A stretch of 37,576 nt of DNA, taken from the NCBI GenBank assembly GCA_043797665.1, contig JAZDPL010000067.1, positions 1-37,576 on the forward strand. The letters run 5' to 3'. The translations under genes were made by a program, and so were the position numbers. Source of the stretch: Candidatus Omnitrophota bacterium (GTDB taxonomy: Bacteria > Ratteibacteria > UBA8468 > MWAK01). Positions 29,233 to 37,576 of this stretch are shown here, piece by piece. The first letter of the stretch is position 1. Every line of letters starts with the position of its first letter. Below the pieces are notes generated by a model. The model searched no databases. It saw nothing but the letters and a program-made list of their open reading frames with translations, and was not told the DNA's origin.

Positions 29233-32200
29233 TTACTCGGCTTTTACTTCAAAAGAGGTTTCATTGGTCTTGCCGGTAAGGATATCCCTGGCACGCAGAT
29301 TCCATTTTCCTGTCTTTTCATTGAAAGCAATAGAGAATTTTATTTCTTCTCTTCCGCCCTTGACCAGTACATTTCTCGTGAAGTGTGCAGCAATAATTCC
29401 ATCCGGACCAATAGCCTCCAGATGAACCGGGTGAAGGACATTCCCTTGAGCCGGAACACCATTAAGTGAGATACGTACTTTGAGTTCTTCTCCCTGTTTT
29501 AACGAGGGCGAAGAAGTTTCAATCTTTAGTTCGTTAACCCGATACGGCAATACCGCCAGAAACTTGGGTTGAAGGGTAGCCAGTTTCAGGGAAACCTCGT
29601 TGGCCTGACCGAGATATTTACCTTCTCCGATGTCATAGATATGAGCCGGGGAGGGTAAGCCAACCTTTACGGCAGATAGGCCATCTTCAAGGTTACGTTC
29701 CAGTAGTGGATAAAGCATTATACCCAGAACTTTTCCTTCACCGGTTCTCCAGCGCAGAGTACAGCTGTTGAAAAGTGGTTCCGAATTATCATCGGTAACC
29801 GGGAGGCCAGGTGTGACACCGGCAATGGTGAGCAGGTCTTTTACCAGTTGGTATCGGCTACCAAGGGAAACCTGGGCTGCCAGGTTAAAATTAAGGAGAA
29901 TTGCCCGGCCTTTACCAATTTGGTTTACGAAGAAGACCGGAGTTCCGGCAGCATTTCCGAGTACTTGAGCCTTTACCGGTTCGTATCCGGAATCGACGAT
30001 TGTTCCGCCGAAATTTACCCCAATTTCCCGATTATCAATCTGTCCGGTAATCTTGACCGGTACCGATTTTGGTTCGCCGTCCTTTCGGCGCCGGACACCA
30101 AACAGTTCATCTAACATACCGGGAGAGGCAGACCTGCCGTGTTCGTCGTAAATACCGGGTCGCATATCCGCCACAAGTAAGCCACCTTCCTCCACAAATT
30201 TCCGGAGGGCTTCTGCTTCTTTCAGGCTGATAGCCTGGATACAGGGCAGGATTAAGAGTTTGTATTTGCTCCTGTCCAGGATACCATCGGAAACCTGTTT
30301 TCCGGTCACATACTTAAACTCAAGTCCCAGTCCGTGAATGATATCAATGAACTCCTTGTGAGCAGACTGAATGGTATTGAACGGTCTGTTTTCGTCAAAA
30401 GTACTGGCTAACGCAGATTCAATAGAGTAATAAAGAGCAACCGGGTCGTTTTCCTGGGCACTATTAACAAAGAGGTCGCCCAGTCCGTTACGGATTGCCT
30501 CGAAGTTTGTGAGCATCTTTTGAACAATCGGGTGGAAGTTGTAGGCCGGGGCCAAAAAGCCGATATGTGGTTCATAAGGTCGCCATCCCTCTAATTGCCA
30601 CATAAAGTAGGCGATACCGTTCAGACCGGACATCACAGTATACCAGTACGACGCTGGCTGTGGACTTGTCCAGTTCCCGCTGAGAAATCCCTGGGGCTGC
30701 AAGGACCGGAGGGCATTATTGTAAATTCCGGCCTCGTCGCGGTAAGGCATCCACCAGTCAACCGAAGCCATAATCTGGTCGAAGTCAAGGTATTCATGGT
30801 CTGAAAGCCCTAAACCCTCAAATCCGCAGAGAGCCTCCGGGTCTTTCAACCGTTTCGGGAAAGTTTCTCGGTACTGCCGGGCAACCATCATCATATTTTC
30901 AGAGGCGAAGATCTGTCTATCGAACCAGCGGGGATACTTCTTCTGTTTAAACGCAGACTCTTCCCAGGCATCTCCTGTCTTGAGCAGGTTAATCTCCTCG
31001 AAAGACTTGAACTGTTCGTCCCATTCCCGATTAAGATTCTCGATTGTGCCGTACACCCGTTTCAGATAGGTTCGGTATGCCTGCTGGCACTCCGGGCTGT
31101 CATCCACATACTTGGTATTGATTTCATCTCCGAGGGAGTAGCCGAGAACGCCGTGTTTTCTGGTTGCCATGTGCGCATCTACCCGCCAGTTAATCTCTAA
31201 TTCCCGCAGGGTGTCCTTATTCCAGCTGGCAGGTTTTCCGTAGTAGCCGTCATATTTTTCCGGCGCTCTCTCGGGCGCATCCTTGGGCGTCCAGCCGGAT
31301 AGATGGGTAGTATAGGGAACGCACATCAGGTCGTTGGCCGCGCATTCCGGAAGATAATTGCCATCGTAGAAATCGCAGAGAACCGCGGTTACTCCAGCCG
31401 ATTTCATCTGCTGACAGGCGTAGGAGCCCAGGATACCCCGAATACCCCCGCCTCCCCAGACAATGAAATTGTACTTACCTTTGCCCCGACGCGGTACGGA
31501 AAAACGGGTCTCTTTCCGGTCAACCTCCTGGTTCCCTTCTAAAAGTGTTGCCCGGATGCGTACTAACTGGGTAATGTCAGGGTCTGCCTGGAAGGTGAAA
31601 GGAACAGGCTTACCGGTATCGGTAACCTTTGATTCCAAATACGCCACGATTCGGTCGTAGTTGTCCACAAATTCAATGCGTACTGAGTCACCAACCGCTG
31701 CCTGACGCAGGAGAACTTTTCCGGTCAATGTCTGTCCCCGTTCTACATAATCACTCTCTAATTCGATGGAGCCGATTCCTTTTTCGCTGGTTACCGTGAA
31801 ACTTCCGGACCCGAAGGTCTCACAGCCAGATTTGCTTTCAACAAAGATATCCAGACAATAAGTTCCGGTACCCAGGGAAGGCAGGGTGAATGAAAGTTCC
31901 TGCGGTTCAGCCGGAAGAAGAGTCCGTTCTATGAGTTTCAGGTCTCTGGTTATCCCGTCTTCACGACGGATGACCGGCCGGACTTTTACCGGTTTTGGTT
32001 CTTTTGCCTGATTAAGAAGCGTTATTTTGAACTCCTTGTCGGGTACTTCTTTGATACTCAGGTTCAGGCCGTCCGGTATCTTCTGAATAACGATATCGGG
32101 TCGTTTTTTCTCAGGGGCGGCCCATAGAATTGCTTTTGCAACCAGAGATAGAGCATAGTCGTAATTGGTAATCGTACGACCAAAATCGAACGCCACTCCT

Positions 32201-32928
32201 TCTGCTGTCTCGACCACTTTGGCGATGTTCACTCCCCGGCCAGAACCTATTTTGTAAGTCGAGATTCCGGTTTCGGCGAACTTACGGCTGTCCGCATACG
32301 CCCGGAAACTTTTCCAGGGGTCCATCCAGCTATTGATATAGTAATGCGGCTGCAACTTCTTTACCGCGGCCGCATAATCCAGAACCTTTTTCAATCCGGT
32401 ACTGGGGAAACCATTCAGTATAAACTCTTTCCCTTCCGGTAACACCGGCAGTCCTTGAGGAGGAAATGCCGGTACATCTATATTGTGGCCCTGTTCCTGT
32501 AAACTCTTGGTCGAAAAGTCCCAGCCTTCCGTTGGTGCATATCCAGGGTTTATAACCACCAATCCCCGTCCCTCTGCGGCGCCTTTAATGATTTTATAAC
32601 GTGTTTCCGGAAGAAGTCCCTTCGTATTTACATCGGATAAGAGGCAGATATCCCAATCACCCGCCAGTAATTCGGTCGCTTCCGGCCGATCGTAGTTGAT
32701 GGTACCAACAATCTCAAGGTCAATCCGCTGGCCAATCTCCATTACCCGGCGGACCGCGTTCGGTCCCGCCAGCACAATTACCTTAATCTTGCCTTTGGCG
32801 TAAGGCTTGCACCAGGCAACATGGGGCGTTTTGACTTCATCCGTAAAGTAGTTTTCTTTCTCCTGGGCTATCCCCATCCCGGTGATTCCGGAGATTAAAA
32901 ACAGACAGATAAAAAATAATCTCTTCAT
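29233..32928 (-). CDS. Secreted multidomain GH42-like protein 2
   Basis: 1231 aa; signal peptide; YSLGDE, YRTYLKRVYGTIENLNREW, LILP...LRKFVEEGGLLVAD; same architecture as 17195-20824. Confidence 0.7.
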   Translation of the reverse strand: MKRLFFICLFLISGITGMGIAQEKENYFTDEVKTPHVAWCKPYAKGKIKVIVLAGPNAVRRVMEIGQRIDLEIVGTINYDRPEATELLAGDWDICLLSDVNTKGLLPETRYKIIKGAAEGRGLVVINPGYAPTEGWDFSTKSLQEQGHNIDVPAFPPQGLPVLPEGKEFILNGFPSTGLKKVLDYAAAVKKLQPHYYINSWMDPWKSFRAYADSRKFAETGISTYKIGSGRGVNIAKVVETAEGVAFDFGRTITNYDYALSLVAKAILWAAPEKKRPDIVIQKIPDGLNLSIKEVPDKEFKITLLNQAKEPKPVKVRPVIRREDGITRDLKLIERTLLPAEPQELSFTLPSLGTGTYCLDIFVESKSGCETFGSGSFTVTSEKGIGSIELESDYVERGQTLTGKVLLRQAAVGDSVRIEFVDNYDRIVAYLESKVTDTGKPVPFTFQADPDITQLVRIRATLLEGNQEVDRKETRFSVPRRGKGKYNFIVWGGGGIRGILGSYACQQMKSAGVTAVLCDFYDGNYLPECAANDLMCVPYTTHLSGWTPKDAPERAPEKYDGYYGKPASWNKDTLRELEINWRVDAHMATRKHGVLGYSLGDEINTKYVDDSPECQQAYRTYLKRVYGTIENLNREWDEQFKSFEEINLLKTGDAWEESAFKQKKYPRWFDRQIFASENMMMVARQYRETFPKRLKDPEALCGFEGLGLSDHEYLDFDQIMASVDWWMPYRDEAGIYNNALRSLQPQGFLSGNWTSPQPASYWYTVMSGLNGIAYFMWQLEGWRPYEPHIGFLAPAYNFHPIVQKMLTNFEAIRNGLGDLFVNSAQENDPVALYYSIESALASTFDENRPFNTIQSAHKEFIDIIHGLGLEFKYVTGKQVSDGILDRSKYKLLILPCIQAISLKEAEALRKFVEEGGLLVADMRPGIYDEHGRSASPGMLDELFGVRRRKDGEPKSVPVKITGQIDNREIGVNFGGTIVDSGYEPVKAQVLGNAAGTPVFFVNQIGKGRAILLNFNLAAQVSLGSRYQLVKDLLTIAGVTPGLPVTDDNSEPLFNSCTLRWRTGEGKVLGIMLYPLLERNLEDGLSAVKVGLPSPAHIYDIGEGKYLGQANEVSLKLATLQPKFLAVLPYRVNELKIETSSPSLKQGEELKVRISLNGVPAQGNVLHPVHLEAIGPDGIIAAHFTRNVLVKGGREEIKFSIAFNEKTGKWNLRARDILTGKTNETSFEVKAE

Positions 32929-32937
32929 GGTCCTCCT

Positions 32938-34104
32938 CTATTTACTCTCCACCGGTATTTGTAATTCTTGCCAGAGTTCTGCTTCACGGATTTCGGTCAT
33001 AAGGGCCTCGATTCTCGTAAGAAGTCTTTGGGCATCGGTGGAAAATGTGCGCTGGTTATGGGTCTTAACAAACTGGTCAATCTCGGACTCAATTTGGGCG
33101 AGCCGCGTGGTAAATCTTTCGGATAGTTCTTTACTCCAATGACCACTCTGGTTTTTAACGCGGGTTTTCACTTCCTCCAGCATATCTTTGACTTGACTTA
33201 CAGATTCTGCCATTGCGTGGCCATAGTCGGTATAGAGAAATTCCCCATTCTTCCCCTGAAAACGAAGAATACTGCTGCCCATTACCGGAGAGATCTTTTC
33301 GGCAATGAGTTCCTCTATCCGGGAAAAATTATCGGCAAAGTATAAAAATCCGAACTTTTCCGGTTCTTTATAATTACCACCCGGTGCCCAACTGGAATAC
33401 TCAAAAGTTTCACTATCGTATAGACTGCTGCGTGCCCCTTCCTTCAGCGTCCGGCAAAACCGTACAATTTGAAACGACCACAGGTCTCCTGAAAAAGGAG
33501 TATGTGTTTCGTCCAAGTCTGAAAAAGGGATTAATAGTTCTATATACCAGGCATCCTTACCGACCGAAGAACAGGAATGCCACCCGGCTTTAAAACCCCA
33601 TTTATCATCCACGATGAAATTATCGTATCGGTATTTCCAGCAGGCATCGCGCCGGGTGTTAAGGCTGTTTGTGGAAAGGACATAATAACATTTCCGGGTA
33701 GAACCCGGTTCCAGATAGATTTCAACGCTGTCGTCATCCCAGACAGGTCCGTCGTAGGTTTTGACCGTAGCAATCAGCCGTTCCGGGTGCGGCTCCTGGA
33801 GTGTTATCCCCAGATAGAGATTCTTTTCGTCATAACATACCTGAAAAGATGTCTGCCGACTGGCTAAGTTATGTTCCATATCCGGCTTGCCATAGGAATA
33901 GAGTCCGGTGAGGAAATTGGTACCTACCGGCAGGTCTTTCCAGCAGGCATCATTTAGGACACCGTCAATCTTTGGCGGCACGTTGCAACGGCAGACTTCA
34001 TATAGCAATACCTCATTGCGCTGAAGTTCACCAGCCCGAAGAGGCACTACTCCAACCATTATGACCAAGAAATTTACCAGGAAGATAATTCGCCACGGTT
34101 GCAT
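32938..34104 (-). CDS. Secreted CBM9/DOMON-like protein with helical tail (c)
   Basis: Signal peptide from ATG 34104; PPKIDGVLNDACW, DDSVEIYLEP, WYIELLIPF. Confidence 0.78.
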   Translation of the reverse strand: MQPWRIIFLVNFLVIMVGVVPLRAGELQRNEVLLYEVCRCNVPPKIDGVLNDACWKDLPVGTNFLTGLYSYGKPDMEHNLASRQTSFQVCYDEKNLYLGITLQEPHPERLIATVKTYDGPVWDDDSVEIYLEPGSTRKCYYVLSTNSLNTRRDACWKYRYDNFIVDDKWGFKAGWHSCSSVGKDAWYIELLIPFSDLDETHTPFSGDLWSFQIVRFCRTLKEGARSSLYDSETFEYSSWAPGGNYKEPEKFGFLYFADNFSRIEELIAEKISPVMGSSILRFQGKNGEFLYTDYGHAMAESVSQVKDMLEEVKTRVKNQSGHWSKELSERFTTRLAQIESEIDQFVKTHNQRTFSTDAQRLLTRIEALMTEIREAELWQELQIPVESK

Positions 34105-34134
34105 AATCTTTCTTTCAATAAACAAATTTAACCA

Positions 34135-34165
34135 TTTTGATTTTTGATATTTGATTTTTGGTATT
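34135..34165. repeat. Degenerate 7-mer tandem repeat
   Basis: TTTTGAT TTTTGAT ATTTGAT TTTTGGT ATT. Confidence 0.55.
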
Positions 34166-34194
34166 CTATAGCCAATCTGTCTATCTCTCTGAAA

Positions 34195-34218
34195 GTGCGA
34201 CCCTTTTAGGGTCGCTAC
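34195..34218 (-). repeat. GTAG-type REP-like palindrome
   Basis: Minus strand reads GTA-GCGACCC-taaaa-GGGTCGC-AC, a 7-bp stem. Confidence 0.55.
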
Positions 34219-34313
34219 CCAAAGTAAAGGAATTTTCCTGAAACAAGCCTGCCCCAGTATGTACCAGGCCGGGGTTCAGGGTATCGAACCCGCGGGCGTC
34301 ATGAGTGGCTCCC

Positions 34314-35183
34314 CTACTTAAGGTTTTTGATAAGGTCATCCAACTCTTTTTGCTGTTCACCTGATTTAGACGGATTTGTCTCCTCGTAGAGTTTCTTGAT
34401 ATCCACATGGGTAAGCGCTTCTCCTAATATGAACGCTTCTCCAATTTCGCCCTGGAATATGGCCGCACCTTTGCCATTGCAGAGGTTGGAGCCCACCGTA
34501 ACCGGAACCGGTTCCTTTCTCATGGTGGTAAATGGTGTTTGGACCGTGTTTGTCAATTGTCCATTGTTATAGAAACGGACTTCTTTGCCGTCAAAGGTAA
34601 CCGCCAGAAACTGCCAGGTACCGATTGGAATAGGGCCTCCGCCGGTGCTAATCCAGGTCTTATCGGGTATCTCTTCCTTGGGTTTCTCACCAGTTTCGGT
34701 CTTCCCGAAGAGTTGGAGCCGGGAATTCTGAGCCTGGGTTACTCCGAAATCAAAACAACGTTCGCTCGGACCGGCCCAGTCGTTTTTGGAGATAAGGTTG
34801 ATATTGGCAGGAGGTTTCTCAATCCGGAACCAGGCAGCCAAAGTAAATTTGTCTGTCAGGTGAATCCTACTTTCGGTACTTCCGGCCGATTCCTCCTCTT
34901 GAAGATAGGTGGTCTCGCCGTCAAAATGAAGGGCTTTCTTGCTGTCCCGGGGGACTACTTGCATCGGTTCCGGAGACATTACCTCAAGGCCAATACCGTT
35001 CGGAGAAGAATCATCAAGTACATCTCCCGGGGAAACAGAGTCACCAATAGGTTCACCGCCATTTTTCGTCTCAAACTTCCACCAGGCTTTAATATCCTTG
35101 CCGTCAAGTACGCCGGCATTCAATATCTGTGTCCAGTAAACCAAGGCTATCGCCATTCCCGCATACAAAAATTTTCTTCGCAT
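34314..35183 (-). CDS. Secreted LamG/concanavalin A-like lectin domain protein
   Basis: Signal peptide; AWWKFE, DSSPNG, ALHFDG, FTLAAW, WQFLAVTFDG, FQGEIGE. Confidence 0.85.
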   Translation of the reverse strand: MRRKFLYAGMAIALVYWTQILNAGVLDGKDIKAWWKFETKNGGEPIGDSVSPGDVLDDSSPNGIGLEVMSPEPMQVVPRDSKKALHFDGETTYLQEEESAGSTESRIHLTDKFTLAAWFRIEKPPANINLISKNDWAGPSERCFDFGVTQAQNSRLQLFGKTETGEKPKEEIPDKTWISTGGGPIPIGTWQFLAVTFDGKEVRFYNNGQLTNTVQTPFTTMRKEPVPVTVGSNLCNGKGAAIFQGEIGEAFILGEALTHVDIKKLYEETNPSKSGEQQKELDDLIKNLK

Positions 35184-35228
35184 TTTTCCTCCTAAGATTT
35201 TGTACCCTTGTATCTTTTCTCCAAAAAA

Positions 35229-35990
35229 TCAAAATGGATACGGAGCCGGATAGGGGGCAGCTATGTTCGGTAAACCTGCTCCGGGAATCTGTCCGGCCGG
35301 CAGCCATTCTACATGTCCATCTAAAAAAAGAAAGTTTGCTCCATTGGTGTGTTTGGTGTCCACCGGACCATAGGTGGAGACTCCATAAAGGCCATCATTT
35401 ACCCAAGGAGGAGATGGTTCATACCTACTGATAGAATCGGCAAAGAGAAAACGCCGGGAAGAGTTGGTGTAAGTTCTGTAGTTTGAATACTTCGGTGCTC
35501 CGGGTATACCGGTTATTAAATCATTCCCGTTTTCATCGAATTGCAGGCGGTTGTTAAGGCCGTAACTGGTGGTCCATTCCAGGTTTCTTTTGGCAGAGGG
35601 GCATTTAAATATATGCATCCGGTAACAGGCGTAGTTAAACCCGGAGTAATAGTCTGCCGGATTAGTATACGTTCCAGACCAACCCATGTAAGGTCCATAC
35701 AGAAATATGAAGAGAGAGTTCCACTGGTAATTAGACCCTCCGTAAATATTGGTCCAGTACGTCATAGCCTGGGGCATGAAGTAATCTTCGTTGTCGTCAG
35801 CGTACATGTTACTTATCAGGTTTATCTGTTTCAGATTACTCATGCAACTTGCCTGCCTGGCTTTTTCCCTTGCCTGGCTGAGCGCCGGCAAAAGCATCGC
35901 CGCCAGGATGGCGATGATGGCGATGACCACCAAAAGTTCAATCAGGGTGAACCCATGTCGGGGAGGGCGTGATAAAATCTTGTTACACAT
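35229..35990 (-). CDS. Prepilin-type N-methylation / DUF1559 protein with H-X9-DG C-terminal motif
   Basis: [33 protein letters not shown]...[34 protein letters not shown]. Confidence 0.93.
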   Translation of the reverse strand: MCNKILSRPPRHGFTLIELLVVIAIIAILAAMLLPALSQAREKARQASCMSNLKQINLISNMYADDNEDYFMPQAMTYWTNIYGGSNYQWNSLFIFLYGPYMGWSGTYTNPADYYSGFNYACYRMHIFKCPSAKRNLEWTTSYGLNNRLQFDENGNDLITGIPGAPKYSNYRTYTNSSRRFLFADSISRYEPSPPWVNDGLYGVSTYGPVDTKHTNGANFLFLDGHVEWLPAGQIPGAGLPNIAAPYPAPYPF

Positions 35991-36026
35991 ATGACACCTC
36001 CAAATTTGAAGTTCTCAAAAGGGAAG

Positions 36027-36055
36027 AAAAAGGGAAGAGAGCCACCGGCTCTCCT
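36027..36055 (-). terminator. Intrinsic terminator-like hairpin in the leader of the glycan locus
   Basis: Minus strand AGGAGAGCC-ggt-GGCTCTCTT followed by CCCTTTTT. Confidence 0.5.
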
Positions 36056-36171
36056 GAAAAAAAGATGAAAGAACGGACAGAATGAAAACAAGTAAAATCA
36101 CTGGCTTGCTTTCGCTTGAGCGATTTCAGGGCTCTGCTCAAGCAAGCCAATTTTCCCTGGGAGGAAAAACG

Positions 36172-37254
36172 ATGGAGAACGTGAAAACTTTTATCGGGAT
36201 TGACTTGCATAAGGACTCTCTCACCTGGAGTGCCAGAAACAGCGCCGGAGAAGAGATTGGGATAGGGAAAATTCCTACTAAGTGTCGGGAGAAAATCGTC
36301 GGTTTCATTCAGGATTGGCCCAGACCGGTCAGTGTATCTTTTGAAGCGGTCGGTTTCTACCGTTGGCTCTGGCTCCTGTTGGAACCACACGTAGATTCTC
36401 TTTGCCTGGCTGATGCAGGAAGACTCAGGGCTATGGCTGACCGGAATGTCAAGACTGACTTTAAGGATGCTCGTCTCATCAGTAAAGTTTTGTGGCGTGG
36501 AGAAATTCCCACAAGTTTTGTCGTGGGAGAACCCTTCTACACTCTCCGGCAGCAGCTCCGTCACCGCCATGACCTGTCCAGACGTGCTGCCCGCACCAAG
36601 TCCAGCATGAAACGGATTTGTCTTCGGGCCAATTTGCCTGGCCCTAAGGCACTCATCGGAGCCAGAGCGGTCGCTTACTTTGACGCCTATGGGAATCGTC
36701 TCCACCCCATGGACAGAGAACGTTGGCTTGACCTGACCGACCAACTTCTCTTGTTGGAAAGACAACTGGCCGGGACCGACCGGAACCTCTTCCTTAGGAT
36801 TGAAAGTCTTCCTGAAATTTGTCAGGATATCGATAGGTTGGCTACTGCCCCTGGGGTTGGAGTCTTGACTGCCGCTACCGTGCTGATGGAGACAGGAGGG
36901 CTCTCTCGGTTTACCCATCCGGAACAGTTGGCCTGTTACAGTGGCCTTACCACCAGAACCTTCCAGTCGGCTGATACTGTCCGTCACGGCCATATCTCCA
37001 AGGCTGGTCCTCCTAATCTGCGCTGGGTATTGCAACAGGCAAGTTGGTGTGCGATTAGAACCAACCCCTATGTAAGAGGTATCCATAACAGAATCAGTAG
37101 AAGGGCCGGCTCTAAAAAGGCCGCCACCGCTATCGCCAGAAGACTTTTGATCTGGTTGTGGGCAATGCATACCAAACAAACGGAATGGAAGAAAGAAGCG
37201 GATAAATCTCTGTCTCCTGCTTACTTGAAGGAATATTCTTTGGCAGAAGCATAA
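36172..37254 (+). CDS. IS110-family transposase/recombinase
   Basis: 360 aa from ATG 36172 (GGGAGG RBS); IGIDLHK, FEAVG, KTDFKDA (DEDD); PGVG, YSGL...QSA...HISKAG..NLRWVL C-terminal domain. Confidence 0.95.
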   Translation: MENVKTFIGIDLHKDSLTWSARNSAGEEIGIGKIPTKCREKIVGFIQDWPRPVSVSFEAVGFYRWLWLLLEPHVDSLCLADAGRLRAMADRNVKTDFKDARLISKVLWRGEIPTSFVVGEPFYTLRQQLRHRHDLSRRAARTKSSMKRICLRANLPGPKALIGARAVAYFDAYGNRLHPMDRERWLDLTDQLLLLERQLAGTDRNLFLRIESLPEICQDIDRLATAPGVGVLTAATVLMETGGLSRFTHPEQLACYSGLTTRTFQSADTVRHGHISKAGPPNLRWVLQQASWCAIRTNPYVRGIHNRISRRAGSKKAATAIARRLLIWLWAMHTKQTEWKKEADKSLSPAYLKEYSLAEA

Positions 37255-37282
37255 AGTATCTTTTTCATAAAAACTATCACTA

Positions 37283-37487
37283 TTTTGGCACGACCTTAAA
37301 GGTAAGACGGGGAGCCGGTGACCGCGTGCTTCCTTTGAAGGATTACCCGACCGGGTTTCACCTTGGTAGCGTGAAGGCGGCCCGGCCCCCGTGTACTTGT
37401 GCTCAGGCGGCATTTGACCGCGAATAGATGAAGACAACCCTTGAGGTTGAACATCTGAGAATATCCTTTTATAGGGTTGTGCCAAAA
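37283..37487 (+). ncRNA. Putative bridge/seek RNA of the IS110 element
   Basis: 16-bp closing stem with two G-U pairs enclosing two multibranch domains; one loop carries ATAGATGAA, identical to 37568-37576. Confidence 0.65.
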
Positions 37488-37576
37488 AAGAAAAGGAGTT
37501 TTCCATGTGATTAATTAATCGGTATTAAAAACCCTGTCAAGAGGGGGAAATCCCTGTCCTCACCGACATAGATGAA

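Larger units (their letters stand above)
36063..37576 (+). mobile_element. IS110-family insertion sequence with long right non-coding end (IS1111-like layout); ends tentative
   Basis: DEDD recombinase; AGATGAA repeated at 36063-36069 and 37570-37576; structured 3' region. Confidence 0.65.

Noticed and set aside
1114..35195. Alternative-frame and antisense ORFs (1114-1788, 10105-10710, 21857-22492, 34539-35195 and shorter ones)
   Set aside because: They are shadows of well-supported genes and have no motifs.
37312..37320. GAGCCGGTG match between the ncRNA and the minus strand of the 36037-36053 hairpin as a target guide
   Set aside because: It lies mostly inside a predicted stem, and a 9-nt GC-rich match may be chance.
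35983..37506. 507-aa antisense ORF spanning the IS and overlapping the pilin start
   Set aside because: It is in exact codon register with the transposase, so it stays open whenever TTA/CTA/TCA are unused; it has no recognisable motifs or RBS. Its run through both non-coding ends is curious but unsupported.

Overview
Bacterial accessory region, probably from a PVC-related lineage (inferred from the DUF1559/H-X9-DG prepilin-like gene). Left, + strand (108-4492): two MDR-family dehydrogenases, an atypical M24 peptidase bracketed by 93-bp inverted REP-like repeats, and a polysaccharide deacetylase. Centre, - strand (35990 to 4602): a ~31 kb run of 17 co-directional genes forming a glycan-degradation locus with no visible transporter or regulator. 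It starts with a prepilin-like DUF1559 gene and a secreted LamG lectin. Two related modules follow, each with secreted CBM9-like protein(s), a secreted ~1200-aa GH42-like protein, cytoplasmic divergent GH95-like enzyme(s) and a URO-D-family protein. It ends with GH106, a short GH2 and an orphan ThDP E1 alpha/beta pair. Right: an IS110-family recombinase on the + strand, ~70 bp upstream of the locus. Its downstream non-coding region can fold extensively, and one loop matches the element's own putative end, as expected of a bridge/seek RNA. All family calls come from motif recognition by eye, not database searches.
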